Source: Lytechinus pictus (lineage: Eukaryota). Taken from it: 64,000 bases of DNA. The stretch covers positions 7,380,001-7,444,000 of the forward strand of contig NC_087245.1 in assembly GCF_037042905.1 (NCBI RefSeq), read 5' to 3'. Position numbers and translations under genes: made by a program. Within the stretch, counting starts at the first letter, position 1, and every line of letters begins with the position of its first letter. A model generated the notes under the pieces. That model made no database searches. It was not told the origin of the DNA and was given only the letters and a program-made list of their open reading frames with translations. This document shows positions 25,250 to 37,166 of this stretch, in pieces.

Positions 25250-28200
25250 CACTGCAAAAACTCTGGTGTTGATTTAACACCAGCCCGGAATCGGAATCTA
25301 TATATGTCCACACCAGAGAAGTGTTGAACAACACCGGTTTTGGTATTAGTCCACTAGCGTAACTAAGGGGGGCAGACTGCCCCCCCCCCCCCCTGACGAG
25401 TCACAAGCAAAAAAAAAGGAAGCGAAAAAGAAAAGAGGAAAAAGGAGAGAGAGAAAAAAGGGGGGAAGGGGAAAAAGAAGAAAGAGTTTAAGAGAAAGGG
25501 GAAAACAAAAACTGGACTGCAGACTGTCGGAAAAAATTATAAACTGTCGGGCACACGGGGCTGTTCCAACTGATTCGGTTTATTAGTTCCACCATCTTTG
25601 TCGGTAAATGTCAATTTAACTGTACACTTTTATCGGTAAATTGTGATTTTTTACGTAATGCGACTTTAGCTCTCTCTGTACCTATAGTGAGGACGGACTG
25701 TGCTGACCAGGGACAGGAAAAAGGTAAAGAACAACTTTTAGGTAATATAATTATAACAATAAAAATCTCGCTCGCGCTACGCGCTCGCATCATTTTTTTA
25801 GTAGGATACCTAATATAAATGTCTAGTTTTCAGGTTGAAATATCAAAAATTTTCAGGTCAATTGATTAGTTAGAAACCAATTTGTTCACGGTTACAAAAA
25901 GTGCTTATAATATCCAGTTCTAGGCCGGAATATCAAAAATTTCAGCTCGCGCTTTGTGCTCACTTATAAATGTTTAGGTATATCCATCCTGTTCATAGTT
26001 AAATGAAGTGCTTAGAATGTCCGGTTTTCAGGTCGGAATATAAAAAATAAAATATATATCATTAGCAATCAATTTGTTCACGGTTACAAAAAGTGCTTAG
26101 AATATCAGGTTCTTAGGTCGGAACTATCAAACATTTTAGCTCGAGCTTCTCACTTGCATAAAATTCCATCCTGTTCACAATTAAATGAAGTGCTTAGAAT
26201 GTAAAGTTTTCAGGTCGAAATATCAAAAATTTTCAGCGCGCGCTCACACCAATTAATTGTTTTTAACTACCATCTTGTTCATAGTTTTTGAAAAAGGTGC
26301 TTAGAATCAGTGACGTAATAGGCGGTGGGGCATGGGGACAAGCTGCCCCCCTGGCGGATTTCACCGGGAAAATTAAAAAAACGGGAAAAAGAGAAAAGGA
26401 AGGGAGAAAGAAAGGGAAAGGGGAAGGAAAGGGGAGATGGAAAGGAGGAAAAGGAAAGGGAAAGGGAAAACGTGAAAAGAAAACGAAGAAAAAATATTTT
26501 CTTTTAATGAAAAAGGAAGGAATTAAGCGGGAAAGGAACGAAAGAAGAACATTTGAGAAAGAACAAATCATTCCGAAATAGGCCTATGTAATGCAATAGC
26601 ATGATGGGAAATAAATCAAAAGATGACAAAGTGGCAAACAATAGCGGGAAATGAAGGTAGAATGGAATTAATCAAAAGCTAAATTGGAAAACAAAGAAAT
26701 GGGACAAGAAAAAAAAATTAATAACACGACCGGGCTGCCGAGGATTGAAAGTAAAGAGCGGGAAGAAAGATGGACAGTATACAACATTGTGGTATAAGCT
26801 TGCTAAATTTTATGCAAATATGCTACCGGGGATTTGTCCCAGACCCCCGGGCTCTTCATCTATAATATTCAAATGGCTCTATATATAACGCCCCCCCCCC
26901 CCCCCTGTAGGGACCTTTCGTACATTAAGCTTTACGTTCAATCACTGGCATATAGGCGCGGGGGGCCTTGGTTCCACACCCAAGAGGAAATAATTATTGA
27001 CAACGTATAATGAAATTAATGGAAACAATGAAATGTGTTATTTGCAGAATGTAATGGAAAAATCTATCACATAATTAGAATTTAATTTCAATAGGCACTT
27101 TTTTTGCAGCTTGCTTTGCTCGCTGGCGACTTGTTACAAATTTTCCCACATTGCTTTGTTTTGCCTCCTCAAAATATTTGGTTCATTACGCAACTGGGTT
27201 GAATAAATGTGTTGTGTAAAAGCTATATTCTGTATATACTCGCGATTTGATTAAAAATAGCGGCAATCTGCGAGGTTTAAATGGCTTTGATATCAAGACC
27301 CCAACCGCATTGCACTGCCGTATATGAGTATCGAAGGGTTGGGCCATGGCCCCAAAAGTTCTACAACCAAGAGCAAAAAAAAAAGGAGGAAAGAAAAGCA
27401 AAGGAAAAGTGATTTTCTTTACGGAATATAAAGTTTAAAAATATCTCAAAGTTAGATTCTCATGAAAAGGTGATTTTTTTCTCGCTCGCTTCGCTCGCGA
27501 CTTTTATTAAGCAGCTTTTTAGCACATGCGCCATACTGTGGCCCTCGTTTTTGTACTCTTCACGCTACTGCCACAAAGAATCCTGTTCACAGTGGGGTAT
27601 AGACCACACAAAAAAAGGAATGGAAAGAGAAAAGAATGAAATATATTATTCTCTGGATATCATGTCAAAATCTATCACAATTTTTTTTTTGTATTAAAAA
27701 TGTCAAAAAATTCTCGTAATTTTTTTAAAAGATGAATTCTGCCCGATACGCAATATCTGGCCCTCTCAAAATCGTCGACTCATTACACCATTACGCCTAT
27801 TCATACCATGATATGACCGGGAAAATTTTTGCGATAGCAAATATCAGTAGTAGCAAAATCCCAACTGTTATATTGGGCACCCCCTGGGTAACATTTCCCA
27901 CCTTCAGTGCCACTTCCAGACCTACACATCCAAACGTGAAGGGGGGGGGGGGTTGGCTGCAAAATGCAGGGCAACGAGGACTGCGAGGTGCCCAAATATC
28001 CTCGTGTATTGGTAATTTTATGACCGAATTTCTGCACGTTTCATATCATGTAAAAAGGCTAAATATTTATCAAAAAATGTTCGCTCGCTTCTATCGCTCG
28101 AAAATTAAAAACTGTGAATTTGATATTTTGGCAATGATTATCAGCCCCCCCCTGAAAAAATTGTGTCTATATGTCCATGCCTACTAACCCCCACCTTGCT

Positions 28201-28402
28201 CATCCTTGTCGCTTGCCCCACCCCCCCCCCCCCCCCGACGAAATATGCCAGGTACGCCACCGTATTAGTCTAACACCAGATAGGTGTTTATACAACACCG
28301 AACAGCATCGGTTTGATTCCAAACTGGGGTTGTTTCAATATTTCTCTGGTGTGAACATAAATTCTGGGCTGGTGTTAAATCAACACCGGAGTTTTTGCAG
28401 TG
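25250..28402. mobile_element. CACTA/EnSpm-like MITE (CACTG ends) split by an insertion
   Basis: TA-CACTGCAAAAACTCTGGTGTTGATTTAACACCAGCCC ... GGGCTGGTGTTAAATCAACACCGGAGTTTTTGCAGTG-TA. Confidence 0.8.
25352..28262. mobile_element. hAT-like composite element
   Basis: 8-bp TSD TATTAGTC (25344-25351, 28263-28270); ends CACTAGCGTA / TACGCCACCG; carries a 120-bp repeat array and an inverted homolog of 20480-24730. Confidence 0.7.
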
Positions 28403-28765
28403 TACTGTCCTGCAAAGGTACCCGTTTGCAGTGACTCTTGAATAAAATACATGTCACACCAATCAAAATAATGCGAGCGCGAAGCACGAGCTGAAACTTT
28501 TTAATTTCTCTATCTAAAAAATTGATATCTAAGCACATTTTGTAACCATAAATAGGATGGATATATAGGCCTAATTTATTGATGCGAGCTCGAAGCGCGA
28601 GCTGAAATTTTGATTCAGTTCCGACCTGAAACCTGGACATTCTAAGCGCTCTTTGTTATTATGAACAATATCACTAAAAATTTACGCGAGCGTGAAGTTG
28701 AGCTGAAATAATTAATGTGCAGACCTGTAAAGAATTCTATTTGCAGTGACTCATTAGCATGATAT

Positions 28766-29528
28766 GAAGAGTTTAGTTACAAAAGGGGTTAGGTCCACTT
28801 TGGACCATTCCGAGAAAAAACATGTTTTTTTATTCTCACTTATTGCAATATTCTTATGAGAAACTATAAATTGTCATGATGTACTACCCTGTCATGTGAA
28901 CATAAAATTGGGTATAAAAGAAATCTACCTGTTTTCAATTTTTTCTATATATATTTTTGAAAAATTATCGTTGTGGACCTATCCCCTTTTGCAAAAAAAC
29001 TGAAATGAATCCAATTTCTTTTGATTAAAAAAGTGATATTTCTTTGCCACTTTCATTCACGTTTTCATTTGAATTTCAAATTGTCTTTGGTATCATCAGA
29101 GCGACTAAAAAATTAGAGGTTTAGAGACAGAAAACAATAAAATTTATGAAAAATGGACCTAACCCCTTTTGACAAATAAGTTCTTCAGAAGAGTTTGGTT
29201 GCAAAAGGGGTTAGGTCCACTCCAAGATAATCATTTTTTTAATTCTCCCATATTGCAATATTCTTATGCGAAACTGAATTTTTATTGGGTATAAAACTAA
29301 AGAAAATCTACCTGTCTTCATATTTGTTAAGATATTCTTTTCCAAAAAAGTCTGTGTGGACCTAACCCCTTAAAAAAAAAAAGAATTTTCTTTGCCATTT
29401 TAGTTCACTTTTTAATGGGAATTTCAACTTTTCTTTGGTATCACCTTACACATGTAGAGCTACTAAAATCTATACATTGAGACATAAAAATCAAATTAGA
29501 TGAAAAATGGACCTAACCCCTTTTGCAA
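28766..29528. mobile_element. Two adjacent copies of a ~420-bp MITE (second copy 3'-truncated)
   Basis: GAAGAGTTT.GTT.CAAAAGGGGTTAGGTCCA begins at ~28766 and ~29189; the inverted TGGACCTAACCCCTTTT closes each unit. Confidence 0.7.
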
Positions 29529-29558
29529 TGTGACATAGACGAAATGAAAGTAGACTAA

Positions 29559-29780
29559 GGGGGTGCATGTTGCAAGAAAACATTTGCGATCAATTGCAAA
29601 TATTCTGTTGTAATTTTACAACTGATAGATCAACGTTAGTTGTAGCAAATCAGATTACACTCCTTGTTTTAAGGAGCAGATCAGCAATCAATCATGAATT
29701 TGCAATTATTTGCAAGACAAATGATTGATTTAGGGACCAAAATAGACTTGCAATTGATCGCAAGTTTCTTGCAACACCCC
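29559..29780. mobile_element. Small MITE (GGGGTG..TTGCAAGAAA TIR)
   Basis: ttgcaagaaa..ttgcgatcaattgcaa is mirrored by ttgcaattgatcgcaagtttcttgcaacacccc. Confidence 0.7.
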
Positions 29781-30119
29781 ATATTGGTCATTAGACCGTT
29801 TGTCTTAAGACCAGTTGGCTATTAGATGGTTATTAGACCAACTGACTATTGGACAAATGGGAATTGGACGAAATAGTAATTGGACGATGTGGATAGTGGA
29901 CCAACTGCTGGTAGACGAAATATGACATTAGACCATGTGGTGAGTGGACAAAATGGCAGTAAACGAAATGGCAATAAACCATATTTTAATATGCCCTCGC
30001 AAATTGGACCGTAAATACGTAGCTTTCGTGGCGAAATAGATAGGCTACCCTTTTTTCATTCTTTTAGTGTTTTTGACTCTTTTTGACAAAGTACCCTTAC
30101 GTTACTTACGTAATGTGCC

Positions 30120-30666
30120 CCCGGGGCCACTTACATTGACGAGTGGATATACCATGTGCGAACAAAAAAACACGTAAAAAGCTTTGGATGTCTTTTTCAA
30201 GATAGGGGTGTCAAAACACAAAAGTAATGAAAAAAGGGTATCTATTTCGCTAGGAAAGCTACGTGTTTGGGTCAAATTTGCGGGCATGATAAAGCAAAAT
30301 TAAAATGTTTTATAAAAATTAAGATGTCCTTTTTGCCCCAACACTACGTGTTCAGAGTCCGATTTGCGCGAGGTGTGGAAGCTAAACCAAATGGTGTGTA
30401 AACCGTAAAGGTAAAACCGACGGCCGACGGACCCGTGACATAACAATAGAATATCGCTGTACTTGTTAGGGGTTCATTTAAGGGAATACTTGCCAAGAGT
30501 ATCGTTTTGTTTCCAATACTTGTTAAGGGTAGGGTTTCAGACGCCGATACTTGTTAAGGGGTGCATTTTCAGAATATGGAAAATACGTGTTTATAGGGTG
30601 CTTTTCGAGACCCCATGGTCGCGCATGGTATCCACTCGTCAATGGAAGTGCCCCCCCCCCCCCGGG
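30120..30666. mobile_element. CCCGGG-ended MITE with 8-bp TSD
   Basis: TIR CCCGGGG..CACTT.CATTGACGAGTGGATA / TATCCACTCGTCAATGGAAGTG..CCCGGG; TSD AATGTGCC. Confidence 0.8.
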
Positions 30667-31029
30667 AATGTGCCCTATCTTGTTGAAAAAGAGATCTTTC
30701 GCATGGTATCGGATTTGTCAGTAGTGCCCCCCCCCCCCCGGGGGGGGGGGGGGTAAAGGGCAAGTACACCCCAGAATATGTTGATTTGAATAAAAAGAGA
30801 AAAATCGAGCTTGCATAATGTTGATGATTTTGTATTTAACAGGTGGATCCAGATCTATATCGTTCGTTTCGCGGCTTATAGAACTATATAATAATTATGG
30901 AAGTTTTTCTACAAGGAAAGGATAGCTAAGCAGGTAGGGAAGATTAGGAAGAGGATCAGAGTCAGATCATGCACTGGAGTTGTTTTCAAGAAAGGTACTG
31001 AAATCCTAAAAAAAACAAAAACATGTGCT

Positions 31030-32187
31030 GCATACATACTATCAATACCTCCGATCTGGGAGAAGACTAGAAGTGATAACATGTCCGAACAGATAGGTAT
31101 CGAAAAGCATTTGTTCCTCTGTCAATCAGAGTCATAAATGGTAGACTTAATGGTCTCTTTGATGTTTTGCTCTTTATGCCTTGCATATTTTTGGTCTTCG
31201 CAAGATCATAGCCTGCAATATTTTTTTTATTTTGTATTTTCCATCTTATCTTGAAACCACAAACGTATAGTGCATACCTTTCTAGAGACCTCGCCTTGAA
31301 TTTTATGATATTGATTGGAATGAAATTTTTGAATTGTTTGTATGAAATATTGATTACACACATCTAATTTAGACCTTTTCGGAGGCAATTCGGTGATTTT
31401 TGGAACTGATATGTTAATTATACTACATGTATTTTATTGGAATCGAAATTTTAAATTGTTAGTAACGAAATATCGATTATACACATCTAAAAACTTTTTT
31501 GGAGGCAATACAGTAACTTTTTTAATGATTATGCACTTATTATTGGAGTGAAATTTTTTGAATTCTCTGAAATGAAATATTGATTACACACATGTAATGT
31601 AAATCTTTTTGGAGACAATACAGTAATTTTTAGGAATTATGTTAGTACTTCATGCCTGTATTGAGTGTTAAACAGCTTGTAATGAAATGAAATATTGATT
31701 ACATACATTTAATTTTAATTATTTTTTACGGCAAAACAGTATAGCTTTTATTCAATTCAATTAAAATTAAGAAATGGTCTTTATTGATAATCAACATGTT
31801 AACAATCATACATGAAAAACAGCAAGAGCTGGAAAAATCAAGTTGGTGTTGGCATACATTGTAAAAACCATCGTAAAATGCATTAAAAAGGTGCTAATAC
31901 TTCACGCTCTTATTATTGGAATGAAATTTTGATAACACATATGTATTTTAAACATTTTTGAAGGCAATACAGTGAATTTTAAAATTGATATATCAATTAT
32001 ACTGCATGCATGTCTTTATCATGTTTATGTACATGTAAGTAAACGGGTATTTGCTTTCACTCTATATAATTATTATAAATGTATTCATGGTTTTATATGT
32101 TTAATATGACATTTTTTATGTTTATTGACTTGAATTTGTGAACAAAACAAATTTCCAATATGGATAAATATAGACGAACTTGAACTT
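31030..32187 (+). mobile_element. LINE 3' end (Rex1/Babar-like) with a tandemly repeated 3' UTR
   Basis: Terminal peptide HVRTDRYRKAFVPLSIRVING; ~120-bp repeats with core GAAATATTGATTACAC at 31310-31980; (GAACTT)2 tail. Confidence 0.5.
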
Positions 32188-32970
32188 ATTGCCTCTTATC
32201 GTGCCAATCAGCGCGAGACGCGATCGCACCCATAATTCCCACTCATCTCATTGGCCCATGCATGGGTCATGGATGGACGGACAAAATGTGTCGTACCCAC
32301 GCCAGGCTTTTTATACTTGGGTGATAATCAAATAATATAAAAAAATATTGCTCATAAGTATTAATCAAAAATGCTTTAAAAAATACGGATATCATAACAA
32401 ATATTTTTTTTCAATTTTACAGCGTTTAAATTGAGTTTTTGTTAACAACATTTTTTTTAATAAGGTCAGGAAATCTGCATATAATATCACATGTACTTTT
32501 TCTCTCTCTCCACACGAACTTCCTCATATGCTGCGCCGCCCGTCTGGCTTTTGACACATTCACCATTTAAAAAGAGCATCGTAAGTAATGGTTTTGAAAG
32601 TTTTTTTCAACCCCATTGTGTTTCGAATTGTAAAAGAATAGTTGAGTGAAATATTAGGCATAGTAAAGATGTAAAAAACTATGAAACTAAGCGTTTAAAA
32701 TCGTCGAAGGCGTACGCGCCTGGCCCCGGCCCCGGCTTGCATGGCCTGGTTTTGCTTGGGCTTGACCGTGGGCCAAAACGCTGCTCTTGTTGTTACACGT
32801 TACTGGATGTGTACGATGCAGGGCCCTCCTAGATCCTGGGCATAAACGCATCGGGTTACAATCACTCACACGTATTGCGAGGTTAGTATTATTAGTATAC
32901 TAACCACGAACCGCGTTTGGCAGTGGATTTCTAACTAGTGAGTAGTGGGTCGCGCGTGCTGGGATCTCAC

Positions 32971-33667
32971 TAGGGTGTCTGGAGAAAAAAATTATTTTTC
33001 TTATTTCAAGAAAATATCACATTTTCTTTGTGAATTTGAAGAGAAATGACCTTCACTCTTCAGACTGACAGAAATGTAACATTTTTGGAAAAATCCAATT
33101 ATTGGCTGCAAAAAAGAAGAATGAAATTAGGTAAATTTTCAGCATTTCTCTGCCATAGACTGTGTAGTTAAGAAATGGACACACACAAATCCAAATTTTT
33201 AGCTTCCGAGAGCTGTTATGAATATATTATTAATGCCAAAAACTTGTCCATAAAGAGTCCAATAGGATTTTTTATGCTCTAGGCCTATCTGATGATGGTA
33301 TGATTTTTATAAAGATTTGGAAACCAGATCACAATGAAAAATTGCGACAAAGTGAAAAAATTTGTGCAAAACAGAAATTTCATTTTCCCATAGAAAACGC
33401 ATGGAGAAATGGCAATCTCAACACACACAAAAATAAGGGTTTGCAATTTATCTCTAAATCCTTATTTAAAATGATCATATAAACTTGTCCTTACTGTCAA
33501 AAGAAGCCCCTGAATTTTCTCTTTCCATACATGCCAAACACAAGTTAATAATCAATTCAGATCACATTTTACTAGTAGCCTGAACTTCCCCGAAAAAATG
33601 TGCCATATTTTCCCCTAAATTAGCCTGTTTTATGCTGACACTTTTCAGTGTGGCTTCAGACACCCTA
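32971..33667. mobile_element. MITE with TAGGGTGTCTG TIRs and a 7-bp TSD
   Basis: ATCTCAC-TAGGGTGTCTGGAG ... CTTCAGACACCCTA-ATCTCAC. Confidence 0.8.
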
Positions 33668-34247
33668 ATCTCACTTCTTGCCGTCCACAACTCAAGACCA
33701 CACAACACACGACTTCTATGGAACTATGCCCAGTAGCTAGTAGAGGCGCACGGCCAATATTGGAGACTGTCTCCAATGACCAATGTGGGAGATTATCTCC
33801 AATATCAGAGACTTTTGTAAAGAATTTGGGTACCCAATTTCAGAGACAGCATGCAGTCTCCAGTTTTGGAGACCAATTTCCTTTGTTTACATTTGCTGCA
33901 AAAGGATTACCTTGGCGGCAAATAAAAATGTGATAAGCAGATTCCTCATGAAAAATTACCCCTTTTCACCGTCTACTTTAAAAATTCACCGTCTACTTGT
34001 GTTTTGATAAGGATTTTTGTTGTCAATCACACACAAAACAAATGGGCTTCTGATCTCAGTGAGACAAAATTTTGGGTGGAAAAAATCATGCTTTTGTTGG
34101 TGTTTCTTTTGTCCTTTTGCAAAGCAAGTCTCATCATCATCATCATCATCTAGTACAGGAAGAAGGCGGTGGCCTGTAATTCCCGGTCACTCCATCTATG
34201 GTTTTAGTCTGGTGAGTTTATTACTGTACGCATGCTGAGGAGTGGGG

Positions 34248-37157
34248 TCATGGTAGATCAAAGCGATGATCCCACCAATGTTTATCTACATGCCTTTTAA
34301 ATGATTCTGTTGTTGGCAAGACGACTATACTTTCCGGGAGGCTATTCCAATCATCTATCACTCTTCTGCTAAAAGACTTGCTGCGAATGTCCAGTCTACA
34401 GTGCTCTTTCTGAAGCTTCAGGCAGTGTCCCCTTGTTGATCTGCCTACTGATTTTGTGAAGAAGTGATCTAGAGGGAGATTGATAAGTCCATGCATTAGC
34501 TGGTGCACGAAGATCATGTCTCCTCTTCTCCTCCTGTACAGCAGGGAGTACAAGTTCAATTCTTTGAGTCTGTCTTGATATGGGACGTTCTTCAGCTCTC
34601 TGACCAGCTTGGTTGCCCTTCTTTGGACCCTTTCGATCCTCCTTGCATCTTCTTTGAATCTGCTATGCCAGAGGATACTCCCATATTCAAGGTGGGGTCT
34701 TATTAGGGTTTTGAAGAGCAGAGGCAGAGTTGTCCTTGTGAGTTGAGTGAATGTCCTTTTCATTATGGCGAGGAGTTGGTATCCTTTGCTAACTGCTGAT
34801 GACACATGCTGGTGAAATTTCAGCTGACAGTCCACTATTACACCGAGATCCTTTTCGGCTTCCACTACTTGCAAGTCTTTCCCATGCATATGGTAGCTTT
34901 TTCCAAGGTTTCTCCTGCCGATGTGCAACACTTTACATTTGTCATCATTGAAGGGTAATTGCCATCTCTCAGACCACTCAATAAGGTAATTCAGGTCGTC
35001 TTGAAGACCACTCGTCTGTGAAGGTGTATTTCCAGTACTATAGAGTTTCGTGTCATCAGCAAATAATACCACTCTGCTATTTATTACGTCAGATGGGAGG
35101 TCATTTATGTAGATCAAGAAGAGGACTGGTCCGAGGACACTTCCTTGCGGAATTCCGCTTGTAACAGGTGACCAGTCGGATGATTCTCCATTAACAAAGA
35201 CTCTTTGTACTCTTCCGATCAAAAATGCTCTAATCCAGTTCAGGAGTTTACCTTCTATACCATGTGCCTTTAGCTTGAGTAAGAGCCTTTGATGGGGAAC
35301 GCTATCGAATGCCTTCCGAAAATCAAGGTATAGGACATCGATTGTTTCACCTTCATCTAATAACCTTGACCATTCCTCAAGAACATAAAGAAGTTGAGTG
35401 GCACACGTCCTTCCTTGGGTAAATCCATGCTGACTCTGTGTGAGTAGGTCATTTCTTAGCAAGTGTGTAACTATAACATCTCGAAGAATTTTCTCCATCA
35501 ACTTTCCTGCAACGGACGTAAGGCTAACAGGCCTATAATTTGAGGCTTGGGTTCTACTCCCTTTCTTATGGATTGGTACTACAGTTCCCTGCTTCCAGTC
35601 CGATGGGAGTTTACCTTCCTGCATAGACTTGTTACAGATTAATGTCAATGGTTTAGCAATGGACTCAGCTAGCTCATTTAATACTTTAGGATGCAACCCA
35701 TCTGGTCCTGGTGACTTATTTGTATTCAAGTTTTTTAACTTTTTGCTGACATCTATCTCTTGTACTTTTACTTCACTTAGCGTGGGTAGGTCACTTCGCA
35801 AAGGAACTTGTATATCCGGTATACTGTCCATGTCCTCTCTAGTGAATACTTCGGAGAAATAATCGTTAAGAACACTTGCTATTTCACTATCTGATTCAGT
35901 AAGTTGTCCATTACCCTTCATGAGGCTTGTAATACGACCTTTACTCTTTACCTTGCTGTTAGCATAACGCCAATAAGCTTTGGGATTATGGCCAATGTTT
36001 TCAACTAGGTCGAGTTCAAAGTTGTTACTTGCTGCTCTTGTTTCTTTCCTTAATTGGTTCCTCACTCGTTTATACTGTCTGTAGTCGATTTCTCTCTCGT
36101 CTCTAGTCCTGTTCACATCTGAATATCGTTTCCAGTAACGCGTCTTCTTCTTAGACAACTTAAGTATAGCTTTTGATACATAAATATTTCGTCTCTTATC
36201 CGTGTTACACTTGCGTACTGGTACATAATTTTCCACACCTTCTTTTATATTGTGAAACAATGAGGTCCAAGCTTGTTCACAAGTTTTGCCAGTAAAATCC
36301 TTATCCCAGTCAATTTTTTCAAGAGTCTCATTCATGGAATTGTAGTCCCCTTTCTGGAGGTTTGGGCGACTTTCTCTTTCTGGCAATTTGTCTTTTTCCT
36401 GAAGTATGTCAAGCTTGGTCAGTATACACACATGATCACTAAGTCCAAGTGGAGGTAAATAATCAATTGAAGATATTAGGTCATCAGCTGTACATGTAAA
36501 TGCAAGATCCAGAACGTTTGGATTTTGGCCATGTCTATATCGTGTAGGCTCATATATATGCTGGTGCAGGAATGCTTCCTGGGTGGCAGTGAGAAACATG
36601 TACGATGTATTATTGGAGGTCGAATTTACATGCGATCTTTTCCAGTTGATGTCCGGAAAGTTGAAATCTCCCATTATCAAAAGATGCTTCTCTCTGTTTT
36701 CACTGGCCAACTCTATGAGTTCACAAAGTAACTTATTATTTTCTATTGAGCTAGAGGGGCTTCTATAAATACATCCAACCATAAGTCCTTCTCTCCCTTT
36801 CAGCTTAACAGAGCACCAAACACTTTCGGTAAATTCGATGTTGAATGAAACTTCGTGTGCTTTGAGTTTTGTGCAAATGTAGATTACAATACCCCTATGG
36901 CAGTTTTCTTTATCCATGTTTGAGAAGATCTCATATCCTTCTAGTTTAAGTAATTCATTTGTCACTTTTAAGATGCCTGATTTAGGAACTACTTCACATA
37001 TCATTACTATATCTGGGTTATGCTTTCCAATAGAAATTTGTAGCTCTTCAATTTTGTTCAATAAAGAGTCTGCATTAGTATAGAGGACCGTTAATTTGTT
37101 TTGTGATAAGTACTCCATATTTTTGTCCACAATCTCTGCTTCTGGTCCTCCATTCAT
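34248..37157 (-). CDS. CR1 ORF2: AP endonuclease plus reverse transcriptase, 969 aa, uninterrupted
   Basis: APE motifs YTNADSL, GDFNFPDINW, SDH; RT motifs YLDFRKAFDSVPH, GIPQGSVLGP, FADD; CR1-type WQLPFNDDKCKVLHIG and TRGHCLKL. Confidence 0.95.
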   Translation of the reverse strand: MNGGPEAEIVDKNMEYLSQNKLTVLYTNADSLLNKIEELQISIGKHNPDIVMICEVVPKSGILKVTNELLKLEGYEIFSNMDKENCHRGIVIYICTKLKAHEVSFNIEFTESVWCSVKLKGREGLMVGCIYRSPSSSIENNKLLCELIELASENREKHLLIMGDFNFPDINWKRSHVNSTSNNTSYMFLTATQEAFLHQHIYEPTRYRHGQNPNVLDLAFTCTADDLISSIDYLPPLGLSDHVCILTKLDILQEKDKLPERESRPNLQKGDYNSMNETLEKIDWDKDFTGKTCEQAWTSLFHNIKEGVENYVPVRKCNTDKRRNIYVSKAILKLSKKKTRYWKRYSDVNRTRDEREIDYRQYKRVRNQLRKETRAASNNFELDLVENIGHNPKAYWRYANSKVKSKGRITSLMKGNGQLTESDSEIASVLNDYFSEVFTREDMDSIPDIQVPLRSDLPTLSEVKVQEIDVSKKLKNLNTNKSPGPDGLHPKVLNELAESIAKPLTLICNKSMQEGKLPSDWKQGTVVPIHKKGSRTQASNYRPVSLTSVAGKLMEKILRDVIVTHLLRNDLLTQSQHGFTQGRTCATQLLYVLEEWSRLLDEGETIDVLYLDFRKAFDSVPHQRLLLKLKAHGIEGKLLNWIRAFLIGRVQRVFVNGESSDWSPVTSGIPQGSVLGPVLFLIYINDLPSDVINSRVVLFADDTKLYSTGNTPSQTSGLQDDLNYLIEWSERWQLPFNDDKCKVLHIGRRNLGKSYHMHGKDLQVVEAEKDLGVIVDCQLKFHQHVSSAVSKGYQLLAIMKRTFTQLTRTTLPLLFKTLIRPHLEYGSILWHSRFKEDARRIERVQRRATKLVRELKNVPYQDRLKELNLYSLLYRRRRGDMIFVHQLMHGLINLPLDHFFTKSVGRSTRGHCLKLQKEHCRLDIRSKSFSRRVIDDWNSLPESIVVLPTTESFKRHVDKHWWDHRFDLP

Positions 37158-37166
37158 GTCTCCGAG

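Noticed and set aside
26263..26581. Lys/Gly-rich and Phe/Pro-rich ORFs (also 24352-24731, 2921-3198)
   Set aside because: Purine/pyrimidine low-complexity tracts within repeats
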